The notes under the pieces were generated by a model that searched no databases, was not told the origin of the DNA, and saw only the letters and a list, made by a program, of their open reading frames with translations. Position numbers and translations under genes: made by a program. A stretch of 64,000 bases of DNA from Camelus dromedarius (taxonomy: Eukaryota), in assembly GCF_036321535.1 (NCBI RefSeq), contig NC_087465.1:6200001-6264000 (forward strand), read 5' to 3'. Positions within the stretch are counted from its first letter, which is position 1; each line of letters begins with the position of its first letter. This document shows positions 63,245 through 64,000 of this stretch, piece after piece.

Positions 63245-64000
63245 TTAGATTCCGCATATGAGTGATCTCATATGGTATTTTTCTTTCTCTTTCTGGCTTA
63301 CTTCACTTAGAATGACATTCTCCAGGAGCATCCATGTTGCTGCAAATGNNNNNNNNNNNNNNNNNNNNNNNNNNNNNNNNNNNNNNNNNNNNNNNNNNNN
63401 NNNNNNNNNNNNNNNNNNNNNNNNNNNNNNNNNNNNNNNNNNNNNNNNNNNNNNNNNNNNNNNNNNNNNNNNNNNNNNNNNNNNNNNNNNNNNNNNNNNN
63501 TCCTGAAGTAGGGTTCCTTCTGGATATAAGCCCAGGAGTGGGATTCCTGGGTCATATGGTAAGTCTATTCCTAGTCTTTTGAGGAATCTCCATATTGTTT
63601 TCATATAGTGGCTGCACCAAACTGCATTCCCACCAGCAGTGTAGGAGGGTTCCCCTTTCTCCACAGCCTCTCCAGCATTTGTCATTTGTGGATTTTTGAA
63701 TGATGGCCATCCTGACTGGTGTGAGGTGATACCTCATTGTAGTTTTGATTTGCATTTCTCTGATAATTAGTGATATTGAGCATTTTTTCATGTGCCTTTT
63801 GATCATTTGTATGTCTTCCTTAGAGAATTGCTTGTTTAGGTCTTTTGCCCATCTTTGGATTGAGTTGTTTGGTTGTTTCTTATTAAGTCGTATGAGCTGC
63901 TTATATATTCTAGAGATCAAGCCTTTGTCAATTTCATTTGCAAAAATTTTCTCCCATTCTGTAGGTTGTCTTTTTGTTTTACTTATGGTTTCCTTTGCTG
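63245..64000 (-). pseudogene. Disrupted L1 ORF2p C-terminal region
   Basis: MISRIYKQL...KEDIQM...[15 protein letters not shown]...[18 protein letters not shown], then a frame change near 63605 into [24 protein letters not shown]...FAATWMLLENVILSEVSQKEK. Confidence 0.92.
63349..63500. other. Assembly gap (152 N) inside the young L1
   Basis: Run of N. Confidence 0.99.

Larger units (their letters stand above)
62940..64000 (-). mobile_element. Young camelid-type L1 (3' UTR plus ORF2 C-terminus), continuing past the window end
   Basis: Poly-T tail at ~62940, full 3' UTR and highly recognisable ORF2 sequence. Confidence 0.97.

Noticed and set aside
1-64000. Prokaryotic-type systems (CRISPR arrays, operons, defence islands, IS elements)
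   Set aside because: The sequence is mammalian (MIR, L2, L1, MaLR, CpG depletion); there are no regularly spaced direct repeats and no gene-dense ORF clusters

Overview
This is mammalian genomic DNA, most likely camelid (camel/alpaca): two tRNA-derived SINEs at 42.5-42.9 kb look like the camelid vic-1 type, and there are artiodactyl-type L1 3' ends. Outside a few GC/CpG-rich patches the window is CpG-depleted and dense in old repeats (MIR, L2, L1M, MaLR LTRs, hAT/Tigger MITEs, one probable MamSINE1). Younger L1 fragments and seven N-runs (assembly gaps) are also present. I could not recognise any cellular protein-coding gene, tRNA, rRNA, miRNA or CRISPR array. The only ORFs with recognisable homology are decayed L1 ORF1/ORF2 pieces and a possible hAT transposase remnant. 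The main non-repeat features are a large bipartite CpG island (~14.8-16.3 kb), smaller CpG-rich elements (~27.0-27.6, 32.9-33.6, 57.7-58.9 kb) and long repeat-poor stretches with clustered TF motifs. This fits a large first intron, lncRNA locus or enhancer-rich intergenic region; the gene identity needs a synteny search. The sequence does not support a novel biological system. The findings are modest leads: candidate short exons, regulatory elements and informative TE structures. Repeat family names come from recalled consensus sequences, repeat boundaries are approximate, and RepeatMasker/Dfam confirmation is needed.
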